DNA of 64,000 nt, from positions 29,449,504-29,513,503 of the forward strand of contig OZ037765.1 of the NCBI GenBank assembly GCA_964035545.1, read 5' to 3'. Source of the stretch: Bugula neritina. Its lineage: Eukaryota; Animalia; Bryozoa. The notes beneath the pieces are model-generated. The model searched no databases. It was given only the letters and a program-made list of their open reading frames with translations, and was not told where the DNA came from. A program made the position numbers and the translations under genes. Below are positions 18,901 through 30,269 of the stretch, piece by piece (positions within the stretch are counted from its first letter, which is position 1; each line of letters starts with the position of its first letter).

Positions 18901-21900
18901 CCAAAACTTACAGCTGCTACAACTTCCATATTCTCCTTCAACTCTTCAAATGCCTTCTTTTTCTTTTCTACTTGTTTTTGGTGAGCTTCGTTTATTTTCT
19001 CTATAAAATAAATATGAGTATGTGAAAGTATAAGTGCAGTGTAAGTGTATGTATAAGTTTAGGGATAAATGTAGGTATAGGTTTAGGTATATATGCACAT
19101 ATAAGTATAAGTGTCTGTGAGAATGAACCCAACTAACACAGCACTAACCCTCCTATATTCCATATAATTTATAGAGATGTTTTGCTGAATCATTAACTTC
19201 CATTGAAAACATACTGTATAATACACTAAAATAACGAACTGTGTTGAGATGTAGAAATGTATATATCTATAGTCTATAGTCCAGAGACTCTAAACAAGCC
19301 ACTTGGATAGAAAAACGAAACAACCAGCAAAAGATAACACCTCTAGTTTATATAAACAGGCATAGGCTTACCAGTTGTATAAGAGAAAGTGCATGATGAT
19401 GCCATATGACTCATACAAACTTTAGATGCCAAGCAAAAAATTCTTGTTTTTCACTGACCGAAAACTTTAATTTGTAAACAATACAGAACAGAAATAAAAA
19501 CTGCAGTTATAATTAGAAAAAATGGCTAGAAATAGATTGAGTGACTAATAATAGAGCAACTAGATATAAATAGAAATTATAGATAAAATTAACATCTGTG
19601 GTTGCAATTGCAAGTGAAAGGTGAGGATAACTTACTGTAAATCTCAGCCAGTTTTTCCGCCTGTCTTGCCTGAGCCTGTCTAATCACCTCAGCCCTTTTC
19701 TGTTCTTTCTCTACCAGCATCATCTCTCTAGTAATATACAGTGTACAGTAATTACTATATAAAATCTCTCTAGTAATATACAGTGTACAGTAATTACTAT
19801 ATAATATCTCTCTAGTAATATACAGTGTACAGTAATTACTATATAATATCTCTCTAGTAATATACAGTGTACAGTAATTACTATATAACATCTCTCTGGT
19901 AATATACAGTGTACAGTAATTACTATATAATATCTCTCTAGTAATATACAGTGTACAGTAATTACTATATAATATCTCTCTAGTAATATACAGTGTACAG
20001 TAATTACTAAAAATAACACCATTTCTCTAGCAATAACATGTTCTAGCACTTATAACTTTACAGAATGTACATCTATGCCTTTACTCTAATAGATAGCATA
20101 ATGTTAAAATAATGTTTTATAGTACCAAATGACTAACTGCAACTCATTAATACATGCATAGGAACTTAAATTGTTATTGTAAATTGAAGAACTTCCATCA
20201 TTTAAAATCAAGTGCGCATAGTTAAACTTTTAACTATTAATTTACACAGCCGATAATTTCAATAAAACGCAGCAATGAAAAGTCTAGTCTTATTCAGTTT
20301 ATCTTGATTTAAATAGTAATAAAACAGAAAGTTGATCGAAATGCTTAAATTTTAAATTCTTCTTCATACAACGAGTAGATATAAAGAGCAGTCTAGTGGA
20401 TAGAGCACAGGCCTAGGGTGCATTAGATCATGGGTTTGAACCCTGGCAGGAATATAATCTGATCATCAATTTTGTGTTTCACAGAATACACAGTCTTCAA
20501 CCTACCTAAAAATAACTGGTTACAATTAGGGATAATATTTTAAACAAGCTCAGGTTTTATACGAGTAACAGGTAGATATAAAACGATGAACAACCCTCTC
20601 ACCTGGTATACACTTTGTGATTGATCACAGCATTCACAGTTTCAATATACACAGTAGACTGAGAGCCAAGATCTAGCTGCTGATCTTCAGTCAGGCAAAT
20701 GTCAAGTCGGGGCGCGTCACACTTCACCATCAGTATTTCATGATCAGGGGCTATTCGTCTGAGCAGAGCCAATGATTTCCCGCCGACAAACATTCTCTCA
20801 CTGACGTCGTCAACAAAAAGACATCTGTCGTTCCTCACCTTATCCAATGAGTAGCCGTCAGTCCAGTAGCTTCTATCTACAAGGAGAGGTGAGCATATTT
20901 AAGGTTGTATAAAGTACAGAATCGATTTCACTGACAAAAGTGTTACATAAAAACTCACGCAAATTTATAGTCGCCATCCCTGTGAGAAACCCCTGACAAA
21001 ATGGTTTTTTAAAGTGGGCTAAGGACTTATTCAGATGGGGCACAGGAGCAACTATAACTGGATGTTCTTCCTAACTTCACTAATGACCTTTACTGGGGTA
21101 TGACTCTGTGTGTATTAAGCCAGTGCTCTAACCCCTATACCACGGCTGCTCCTTTGCATTACGTTGTTTGGTTTTAACCAAATAACTTCCAATTCCATAA
21201 AACTATGTCAATGAACATAAAACAGAAAATAGCTTTGTCATACATTTAAACCAAGAGTTTACTAGCCTATATTTAGCATTCAGCTTATGTAATCAAGTTC
21301 TGCCTATCAACGATGTCTAGCACACAATGGCTGCACATAAACAGTACAACTTATAAATACAACTAATAGTAATATTATAGAGCTAACCCCACCTGTAATG
21401 ACTGTAGCCTACCTTCTGTCTCTAGTTTGTAAGGGTCAACTGTAACTATAAACTCTTCGTAAGGGTCTGAACAGCGGCCATGGAACACCCAGTCTTGTAA
21501 GAATCTAAGGGCAGAGTTGAACTTTATAATAAATTTATGAGAAGCTATTGAAACTAATGTGTTATCACAATGATAGGCAGTGCACATGATATTACCAGAG
21601 TTCACTTCATTTACACTGCATGTACTTACTAAACAGATCAAGTAGCTTTTCTTTTATACTAGTAAAAGTCTACTAACAAAGTGATTGCGTTTTATTTTCT
21701 ACCATATGACTATACAGGTACCAACCTGAGGTATGGCTGACTATACAGGTACCAACCTGAGGTATGGCTGACTATACAGGTACCAACCTGAGGTATAGCT
21801 GACTATACAGGTACCAACCTGAGGTATGGCTGACTATACAGGTACCAACCTGAGGTATGGCTGACTATACAGGTACCAACCTGAGGTATGGCTGACTACA

Positions 21901-24900
21901 CAGGTACCAACCTGAGGTATGGCTGACTACACAGGTACCAACCTGAGGTATGGCTGACTATACAGGTACCAACCTGAGGTATAGCTGACTATACAGGTAC
22001 CAACCTGAGGTATGGCTGACTATACAGGTACCAACCTGAGGTATAGCTGACTATACAGGTACCAACCTGAGGAATGGCTGACTATACAGGTAACAACCTG
22101 AGGTATGGCTGATTATACAGGTATACTTCCTGAGGTATGGCTGACTATACAGGTACCAATCTGAGGTATGGCTGACTAAACAGGTAACAACCTGAGGTAT
22201 GGCTGACTATACAGGTACCAACCTGAGGTATAGCTGACTATACAGGTACCAACCTGAGGTATGGTTGACAGGTGTCTTGCAGTAAACTAAGCAAGAAATG
22301 GTAAAAGTAATGGCAGCTGTAGCTTTCAGCTTGCTTATAGATATAAGAGAGAAGATAAACACCATCCGGTAGATCTATTGGTGGATATTCAATCACTTCT
22401 GTATCGGCACAATAGCATAGTTCAGCCAGTAGTCTGTGTAATATATCAGTTATATATACGTAATATAATATATTATCTGTGTAATATATCAGTTATATAT
22501 ACGTACTATAATATATTGTCTGCGTAATATATCAGTTATATATATGTAATATATTAGTTGCATACATGTATAATATAACTGGTAATCTGCAAAATATATT
22601 AGCTATATATAAATAATACAGCAAACACACAAATTCACTTTGCATTACCTGATTTGTAACAGGTGCTTCTTAAGCAAGTGTCGCAGATGAAGAGGGGACC
22701 TGGCACTTGCTGTCACATTCAGTATGACAGCTGTGTAGGTAGTGAGGTATCGCGACACAGAGCTCAAGAAGGCAGATATGGTCAGACCTGACACTTGAAC
22801 TTGACAGAGCTTATTAAGTCTGTGGTAATGAGTGCCAGCATCAACAAGCACCTGGCAGACACCTGCTAGACTCTGAGCAGACAACCCTGACATAACCAAG
22901 TTCTGCTTTATTGAAAAGCTATCAGAGTCCTACAAGAAGTAATGAAGCTAAATTAAGACAATTTAAAAAAGAAAAATCCAATAGACAGTTACATAAGCTA
23001 CAACTAATATTTATGGGAATAAATGAGTCAATCTTTTACCGTGTCGAGTGTAAAACATTGTGATGAAACGCCAATCAACAGTCGAGATAGATCACTCATC
23101 AAGTCAGACATTGTAACAATGTATAAATGTCGCCTTTCTTCTCGATTCTTAGGGTTTATCTGCAGCTCACAGGACAACTGCAATCTGTAGAGGATATCAA
23201 ACACTTCCGGGCCTGCTTCTGTCAAATACGGTTTCTCAACCACATTACGGCCGACATAACCTCCGCATCTACAGAAGATTACAGGAAATGCCAAACTTGT
23301 TACAGAACAATAAAATCAAATAACAATTTTCATTCCGTCCAAACCGACGAATCTCTTCACTTATTCGTTAACGAGTCTCATCTCCCATGCATTCACATAT
23401 CAGAAAAGATTAGACAAGTTTATTCTCGCACCTTCTCTTCAACTCCCACGACAGCGGCTGGAAATGCTGCCCTAGCTCCGGCTCCTCGATAAACTCTCCC
23501 CCGAGACCAGAGTCTGAGCGGAAGTGAGCGTTCTGTGTATTTAGAGTTACTTCAGCAGATTGGACTTTAGTCTGTTTAATAAAAAAAAGTTATTGTATTT
23601 CGTTATATAATAACATAGTTGTATGAATCAGACAAAATAGATATATAGCTTTACTTAAGTTTTGTTACATGAAGTTAAGGGCAGCATTAAGTGAACATAA
23701 TTAATTTCTTTGTAAACTCATAGCTTCACAATTTCACTAGCAAAAATATCTGTCCAAAAGTGCAACCAATGATTTTGGCTAAAACATATTTCTTTCCATG
23801 TGTCATATGGTTGATTACAAGACATAAACATAATTACAGACATATAGATTTCCATACATTCCAATTACATAGTTCGAGTGATTAGTGAAACTTCCAATAA
23901 TACAATTGAATTAAAATCATTTGAATTCTGCTAGCAAAAGATTGTAAATCATCATAATACGAGCATCACAAAGTTGCAGATATTTATTCTATTTTCTCGA
24001 TATATTGCTAAACTAGGTGAGGTAAAAATTTCAACCTTACAGAAAGAAACCTATTGGCGATAACATATTTTACACTTGTACATCAGGTATGTATTTACTT
24101 TATATACGCTAATACTTACTTTATCCTCTGCTTCTTGTGACTGTGAGGTAAAATCAAACAGCATGGGTGCAGTGTCAATAGGGGGCAACTCCAAATACGT
24201 CTGCAGCTCCTCAGACCTGTAGGAATTGGTGAGAGCTCCGTAAAAGGAAGTGGTTGATTGCATCGGCCAATCAGTGCCAGCGATCTAAGACATAGGGTAA
24301 CAGAACTTCAAATATAATATCGGGATATAATTAATATTTGATAAAGAAAATTTTATGCTTCCCGGTTTTTTAATTTTGTTCGCACAACAAGAAAGTGAAA
24401 CACTGTAATTGTCTCCCCAATAATTGTAACAAGTTTCCAGATAAATAATCACTCAGACTACTTACTAATGAGTTTTCATCGCTAGTAGGCAGCTTGAGAA
24501 ATGAGTTGGGATCACAAATCTGTGAAAAAGTAATACACTTCAACAAGATTCAACAATTATTCATCTAGAAATCAAGAAATGACAAATCTGATATAGATGA
24601 ACACAAAAACATGTCACACAAACATACTAACTATTAGGTGACATTATCAAAAAAATTGGATCAGGCATTTCAATGACAACATTCAATAAGTTATCTGATT
24701 ATCTATAAATACAGCATATTAACATATATTGTCCCTTTCTATAGAACTAAATATTATAAGCACTAGTATCTTCATGCGACTATCAGATAACTTTCAACCT
24801 CCCCGATGCACTAGTCATGGAACTTACCGGAAAGTGGGAGGAAGACAGACTATCACTGCAACAGGAAGTGGCCATATCCGAGAAGGCACTGTCAGTCACA

Positions 24901-26392
24901 GTAACTACTGAGTCAGTGAACAACGACCTGGCAACAGAGGTAACTCCTACAGACTCCCATGAGGCACAGTAAAACATAAACTAACATCTGATACATATGT
25001 CACACTCAAACAAGATATAGAGGATTGGTTGAGGTTCACTGCCAAAATTTTTCTGTTGCTGCCATTTTTTACTTCATCTACTGTTTTTAACAGCTGCTCA
25101 ATACAATTTACACATAGCTATAATGAACAATAATAACCAAATTACGCATTTGAAAACAAGTACACCATATGAAAAGTTTAGCACACAACTATTAATCTAT
25201 GCAACAAAATCCAAGGACACTTACGAAGGATAATACGTGTAGGAGCTGACATCAGATGGGGCAAGTAGTGGTGTGTGTCGAAATATCTCTTCCTCTTCTA
25301 GTATATCTCTAGTCTGAAATATAACCCATATTACTAGATTCAAAGTAAATCAACAAGAAAGATCTTTGTATGAGGAAAGTTACGAGTCAACTTAAACAAC
25401 CAAAATTTAGGTATTTATATTATAAAGCAGTGTTTCTAACAAACAAACCAGACAGCAGACCCTATATGTTGCTGACGCTAGCATACAAGTTGTAGCAAGA
25501 CAAGACTGCTAACATACTGTATAATATATGACTGAAGTAAGTTACCAGAGTCTGAGTAGGTGGAAGCTCTCCGTAGCCAATAACTGGCCGCTTCTTTCTT
25601 TGTACATTACCCATCAACGGCAAGAGAAATGTGAGCACTTTCACCGAGTCTTCATTACCAGTAGCTAAGATTTTAACATTCAAACTTTAATGACAGCAGA
25701 TTCAGTAATCCTAGCCTATCTTTAGATACGTGCATACAATTTTCTCTAACTTCAAGTGTTATATACAAATTGCTCTGATTTTAACAATTCATTCTACTCA
25801 AAAAAATTTTACTTAGTTTAAAAAGTTCCACAGAACCAGCAATTCATGGAAAAGTAGTGGAAACAGTTCATTACATGACTTGTGGTAAAGTAATGATGTA
25901 AGCAAAGTTTATTATAATGTTAATCTTCACTGTGAGTGCAAAATTATAAAGTATGTTCATAAACATAATCAAATATCAAAGAAATAAAAACAAAGGATAG
26001 TTTTAAAAAAGTACAAAGTAATAAAATATTTTTTGTAATTTTCATGCACAAAGCTGTATTTAAAAAAAAATTATTGAACATTGACTAGTAATAACAAACT
26101 TACTTCTCACTAAGTTTACAGCATCCATTATTTCTTTAGAAGATTCAACATCACAGTTTGCTGACTCTAAAAGACCAGCCAGATCATCTAGCTGACGGTG
26201 AACTGCCACTTCACAGTAATCCTCATCGTAGTCAAAGAGTATACAATCAAATGCTGACTTTTGAAGTCGCCGAGCATACTGTTTCTTTAGCTGCTGCTTC
26301 TGCAATTTGGTTGTAAAGAATTTCGTGGACGGATTCACAAATGAGCAGCAGAGAGCCGAGATTAAAGAAGGAACGTCTTCAGTGGAAACCAT
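9985..26392 (-). CDS. TUBGCP6: Gamma-tubulin complex component 6 (GCP6), about 29 coding exons, roughly 1,550 aa
   Basis: Phase-consistent exons include 26392-26104, 25664-25546, 25313-25225, 24927-24828, 24519-24466, 24284-24120, 23571-23432, 23268-23040, 22929-22649, 22433-22254, 21504-21413, 20876-20603, 19727-19636, 19000-18912, 17816-17701, 16904-16741, 16483-16364, 16252-16172, 15890-15513 and onward to 10092-9985. GCP6 motifs: EKPYLTEAG, LPDGVYLLSYIY..CQPYLRFLQDWVFHG, AAARERKALWRVRRHQL, VPWPMNILIT, RHDMQHFVKVIHGYL, C-terminal LNFNGYY. Some boundaries in 12.1-15.1 kb are approximate. Confidence 0.92.
10725..10905. repeat. Degenerate 16-18-nt minisatellite (CTAGTAATTAGTAAAA-like) in a TUBGCP6 intron
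   Basis: About ten recurring (A)CTAGT..TAGT(G/A)AAA units fill most of the intron 10684-10923. Confidence 0.75.
11295..11420 (+). mobile_element. 5'-truncated or diverged copy of the tRNA-derived SINE
   Basis: AAAAGCCATTGGTGATGTTAAGAAAGGCATTCAGTCATAATTGCTCC and GTTTCTCACAGG match the body of the 14433 copy. Confidence 0.7.
11816..12025 (-). mobile_element. tRNA-Thr-derived SINE, full length
   Basis: Reverse-complement homolog of 14433-14645; flanked by the direct repeat CTTTGCCAT (11807-11815 and 12025-12033). Confidence 0.88.
14433..14645 (+). mobile_element. tRNA-Thr(AGT)-derived SINE, full length, with 16-bp target-site duplication
   Basis: A box TGGTCTAGGGG, anticodon-loop-like CTTAGTGA, B box GGTTCGAACCC, about 140 nt of non-tRNA body and a T-rich tail. 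TSD ATAAAATTAATACAAT at 14417-14432 and 14646-14661. Confidence 0.92.
15650..15895 (-). repeat. Exonic degenerate repeats in TUBGCP6 (SADYTSPA x2; recurring SAD/PD motifs)
   Basis: 27-nt tandem duplication (TGCTGGCGAAGTATAATCTGCAGA core) near 15664-15714, plus recurring YCTGCAGAT on the coding strand. Confidence 0.75.
16882..17171 (-). repeat. 33-nt tandem repeat, about 9 copies, containing a TUBGCP6 3' splice site
   Basis: Coding-strand unit CTTACTTGTAG|GGATGAACTGATTGAGTATTAT. AG acceptors recur every 33 nt from 16905 to 17169; the array translates as (RDELIEYYLTC)n without stops. Confidence 0.95.
18124..18876. repeat. 18-nt minisatellite (TACACTGTATACATACTA)n, about 42 units, intronic
   Basis: Directly visible; starts about 35 nt into the intron after the donor at 18911. 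Each unit contains the palindrome TGTATACA. Confidence 0.97.
19722..20008 (-). repeat. 42-nt tandem repeat, 7 copies, containing a TUBGCP6 3' splice site
   Basis: Coding-strand unit ATTATATAGTAATTACTGTACACTGTATATTACTAG|AGAGAT. Units start at 19722, 19764 and onward to 19974; translates as (REILYSNYCTLYIT)n in frame with the exon. Confidence 0.95.
20388..20450 (+). mobile_element. tRNA-like SINE head remnant (possibly a second family)
   Basis: GCAGTCTAGTGGATAGAGCAC...CATGGGTTTGAACCCTGG has A-box/B-box spacing; no acceptor stem. Confidence 0.45.
20951..21149 (-). mobile_element. tRNA-Thr-derived SINE, diverged copy with B-box region partly deleted
   Basis: Collinear with 11816-12025 from AAACTCACGC to CCACGGCTGC. 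Confidence 0.85.
21707..22269 (-). repeat. 28-nt tandem repeat, about 20 copies, containing a TUBGCP6 5' splice site
   Basis: Coding-strand unit CAGCCATACCTCAG|GTTGGTACCTGTAT(AGT) copies the exon end (CAACCATACCTCAG, QPYLR) plus the intron start. The real donor is at 22254/22253. Confidence 0.95.
22434..22555 (-). repeat. 43-nt tandem repeat, 3 copies, containing a TUBGCP6 3' splice site
   Basis: Units at 22434, 22477 and 22520; each ends ..TAACTGATATATTAC(A/G)CAG|A on the coding strand. Confidence 0.9.
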
Positions 26393-26724
26393 TGGGACAC
26401 CTGTTGACTATAAAAACATACCTATTGATTTATTTGCATGTGCATAAGGAATTGCACAGAAAATTGCTTAGAAAAGTAGTTAGCGAAACAACAATAACAA
26501 GTAGCAATTATTTAGTTCTAATGTAAGAAATTGAGTTTGCATGCCAAAGTTATAATTTATAAATAAAGGCGCAAGTGTCATAACATCAAATATGGTACCA
26601 AACGTGTTATGCGATCAACATAAAATTACTAGGCGTCAGCATTTAATAAGTTGATTGTTTATTATATTTAAAACTGAACAAAAAATATAACTATTTCTAA
26701 ATTAATTTAAAACAATATTTGTTA

Positions 26725-26850
26725 TAGGAGGCCTATCTTGTATAAAGAGTAACAAAGAAGGTCTAAATCTAAACCCTGAGGTACATCTAAGCTGAGTTGC
26801 TGTAATGTGGACTCTGTGTCATTTACTATTTCTAACCAATGGTGGGCTTG
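26725..26850 (-). mobile_element. Short decayed LINE reverse-transcriptase fragment
   Basis: Minus strand reads EIVNDTESTLQQLSLDVPQG and, after a frameshift, PSLLLLY. This resembles the non-LTR RT motif VNG..S....GVPQGS.LGP.LF.LY. Confidence 0.45.
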
Positions 26851-28874
26851 AAATCTCTCTTTAACTTGCTTTACAATTTTGCTATAAGCTCCAATTTCAC
26901 TAATGAGAAATTACTGGGGATTCAATCAAAGAATTTGGCAGTGGGAAGAGATGAAATTATAAATGTTTCATGCTACCAAATCCATGAATCACACTTAGGA
27001 GCTGTGAAGAGGTGCTATATTTTTTTCAAAAACTGGTTATTCCATAAAATATTGTAACTATTAACATGTTGCCACATAAAACCATACGCTCAACCAATGT
27101 TGATGACATGCATAGGTTAGATTTGTGGGCCTACAGTTTAATAGAAGGTAGATTCATCCACTTTCAAAAATAGAGCTTTTGCTTTTGAGAAACATCAACA
27201 TACACTAGAACTTACTCAAACAAAACATGGAATAAAACAAATGAAATGGTCACTAAAAACTTTCAAGCAGTAGAAAATACCATCAAGTCAATAAGTTTTA
27301 CTTGTGGCTAAGAATTTGATCGTATTGTAAACACCATCATTTGTTACAGTTATAGCAAGAATAGTCTTTAATGAAGCCTCTTGTACATAAAAGCTTTACA
27401 TAGGATATAGGGTTAGCTAATGAATTGACTTAACTTTGACCAAACTGCAATGTTCAAAAACTCTCCCTAATAGTAATAGCACTTAATACCTATATAAAAA
27501 AGATTATTATTACAATGAGACCATATTAAAACGTGAAAAATAATAGTAATGGTAATACACATATTAACAATTTGAACTAATAATTTACAGTCACAGGCAT
27601 AATAATTATAAAATTAAATATTAAATTTAATAACTATAAGTAATAACTCAATGAATATAAGTTATCTTTCAAATTATACATAATCAACATATCAATATTA
27701 ATTCAATATAAATATCAATATGACTAAGGCCTAAGCCCTAAGGGGCAAGAGTAAGTAAAAGTGTAGCACTAGCTGTAACTGTAGTGTAAGTGCAGTGCGA
27801 GTGTCACTTTGAGTTGCTTTAACGTTAGTAAGTTACAACAGTTGTGAGTGCATCACGTTAACTCGATCATTACGCAATTAAGCTTACAAAACTCAAACTG
27901 AAACGGTGATTTTCAGTTTGACTTTGGGCTTGAAGTTGAACTCCAAGTTGATAAATTTAAATGAACAGAAATTTCAACTTGAAACAATTTGAAAACTACA
28001 CTTACTCTCAGTGAATCAATTATAATAAAAATTCACCAATTGTATCAAGTCAACTATCTATAATCATTTACAGCCATTTTAAAAAATATCATTTGCATTT
28101 TACTTGAGTTACTCCTTGCAAATCTTTAACATCCAACAGGTTGTTTTTAAGTTGGTTCACAGAATTGAAATTTATTTACAGATCAGAAAGCATGCAAACA
28201 CGGAAAATATTTGATTAGAAGAATATGTGGTCGTTTTGCGTGCTGTGTAATATTTCTAAGCAATGTTTGCTAGGCGCGCAGTCAATGGTGCTCATCTTGC
28301 TATTGTTGAGTTATGCTCTTTCTTTTCTCAGGTTCTAGGCGTATAATTTCAAGAACAGATAACTGCAAAATAGCAGGTATGCCTATTGTACAGATCTAGC
28401 AGTTATCATTTTGTATTAGCAACTTGTTAAGATAACATTACCCTGATGATTGCTAACCAAAATTCAACTGAGCAAAATCGACTTAAAATTATCAGAATTG
28501 ATTTTTCTAGTTTATTCACTTAAATATTTTCAAAATGTTAATATTAAATAACAGTCGATATAAATCCTGAAAAGTTATGTTTCGGGTAAAAATGGGCAAG
28601 TTTCTGTTGACATGAATTGTAGTAATATACTCTCCATAATTTTATTCAATAAAAGAAATATCTTCCAAAACCCTAATATAACAATTTTTTATTATACAAA
28701 AGCTTTTATGATATATGAAAACTACATTTTCCATAAATAACAGATAAAATATATTCCAAGAAATATTCGTAGACTGTAAATGTATTGACTAAGTTGACTT
28801 GACTAAGTTAGTAGCTATACAACAATGACACATTGTGGGCTATGAGAAAGTTCAACCAAGAAGAAAATATTCGT

Positions 28875-29958
28875 CTATCGAAGGTCTTCTGCTGAGAACA
28901 TTCCCTGCAAATAGAAATATTGATACTCATACGTATATACAGAACATTTGGCGTGGATACAAAACAATGAATAATTATGATTTGTCAAACAGCGATGCTT
29001 GTAACAGAAAACAGAAAAAATCACAGCTAGCTAAAGTCTTGACATATTGCATAATCCGAAAATATTGATGTTTTAGAATTTCTTAAGCAGTTTTCAAGTT
29101 TTTGAAAAAAGGTACATATTTCACTCAATTACCCACCCTTGCACGCCTCAGTATAGAATCTTTAGATGCGTCATAAGGGTGATCTTTGCTGGGTATTTCA
29201 AGCACAGCTGGAATAGCCTGTGTATAACTGTCTAGTACATGCCTTATCATATCTGCCACCTGTGCGAACAAAATCAATGCATTAATTTAGAAACTTAGTC
29301 TATTGTTTTTATAAACTGGCCCAATTGCCTAAGGATGACATTGTTGATCTCTTGAAATAATTTTTTTTTGTAAAATTTCATACAGAAAACTATCCAGCAC
29401 AGAAAAATTATACTTGTTAGTATGCACTCTCTAGCTTCATAAAACAAAACCCAAACCAACCTCCAACATGTATGACAAACTGACATCCACTTACATGCTG
29501 GTTAATTAAAACGATGGCTATGTCATCTCTGCTAGTATAACTTTTAAATGCATCTTCTAATTCACCAATGCTTGTGTCTGTAACAAATACACAGAACGTT
29601 TGATTTAATATTATGCATGTAAATAATGTTGTTTATACTGAAGTGCATGCTGTGTACATACAAGACATAAAAGGATTTTCATTTAATTAAAATATATAAA
29701 TAAGAGAAAAGACAGTTAAGCTGCTTACCTTTTGTAACAACCAGGAAATTGGAAGTCCTACTCTTGTTGATTTCACCTATACCACCTAACAAGAATCCAG
29801 TCACAGTGTCCTAAAATGATTTTCAAATTCAAAATTAGTATGATGCAGACTTAAAGAGCATGGCAAAAGATAGGTGTTACAATCTTTTAAAAGTAAAAAG
29901 TATTTACTTCATCTCCAATAATAGCAAGAAGCTTTCCTTTCTGAGCTGAGTGTGCCAT
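28875..29958 (-). CDS. ATP6V1F: V-type proton ATPase subunit F, 122 aa
   Basis: Exons 29958-29908, 29810-29729, 29577-29495, 29259-29137, 28904-28875 (369 nt): [30 protein letters not shown]...[35 protein letters not shown]. Absent from the ORF track because all exons are short. Confidence 0.97.
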
Positions 29959-30269
29959 TATCAGTCTAAAGATTAGCACCTAAAAAACATAGAGCTAATG
30001 ATAAAACTAACATACTAATTTAAATTACGGAGTTTAATTTCCTAACATCTACATATCACAAAAATAAACAAGCATGCAGCGAAATGAAATGTGCCCTTAC
30101 TTTCGAGAAGTACTGTATGACTTATAAATCAAATATTAAATAAATTAAAAAAAAAATATGTATTTTAGTTAATTTATATAGATGTGTACAAAACGACCTG
30201 AAACAGCGGGTACAGTTATTGCTCATTCACTCATTGCTGTACTCAAGTGTAGAGCTGTAAAATTAAATA

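Noticed and set aside
18069-19025. 318-aa, 185-aa and 138-aa ORFs of YTLYTY / CIQCIV repeats
   Set aside because: By-products of an intronic 18-nt minisatellite that lacks stops in several frames.
21707-22269. CRISPR-like 28-nt repeat array
   Set aside because: Units are head to tail with no unique spacers, there are no cas genes, and the unit is a copy of a eukaryotic splice junction.
23127-23492. Plus-strand ORFs opposite coding exons (also 10499, 40174, 48269, 50546, 51604)
   Set aside because: Antisense shadows of real minus-strand exons.
28223-28246. ICGRFAC, resembling the SRAP/HMCES N-terminus MCGRF
   Set aside because: No ATG in frame and no downstream SRAP-like exons; likely chance.
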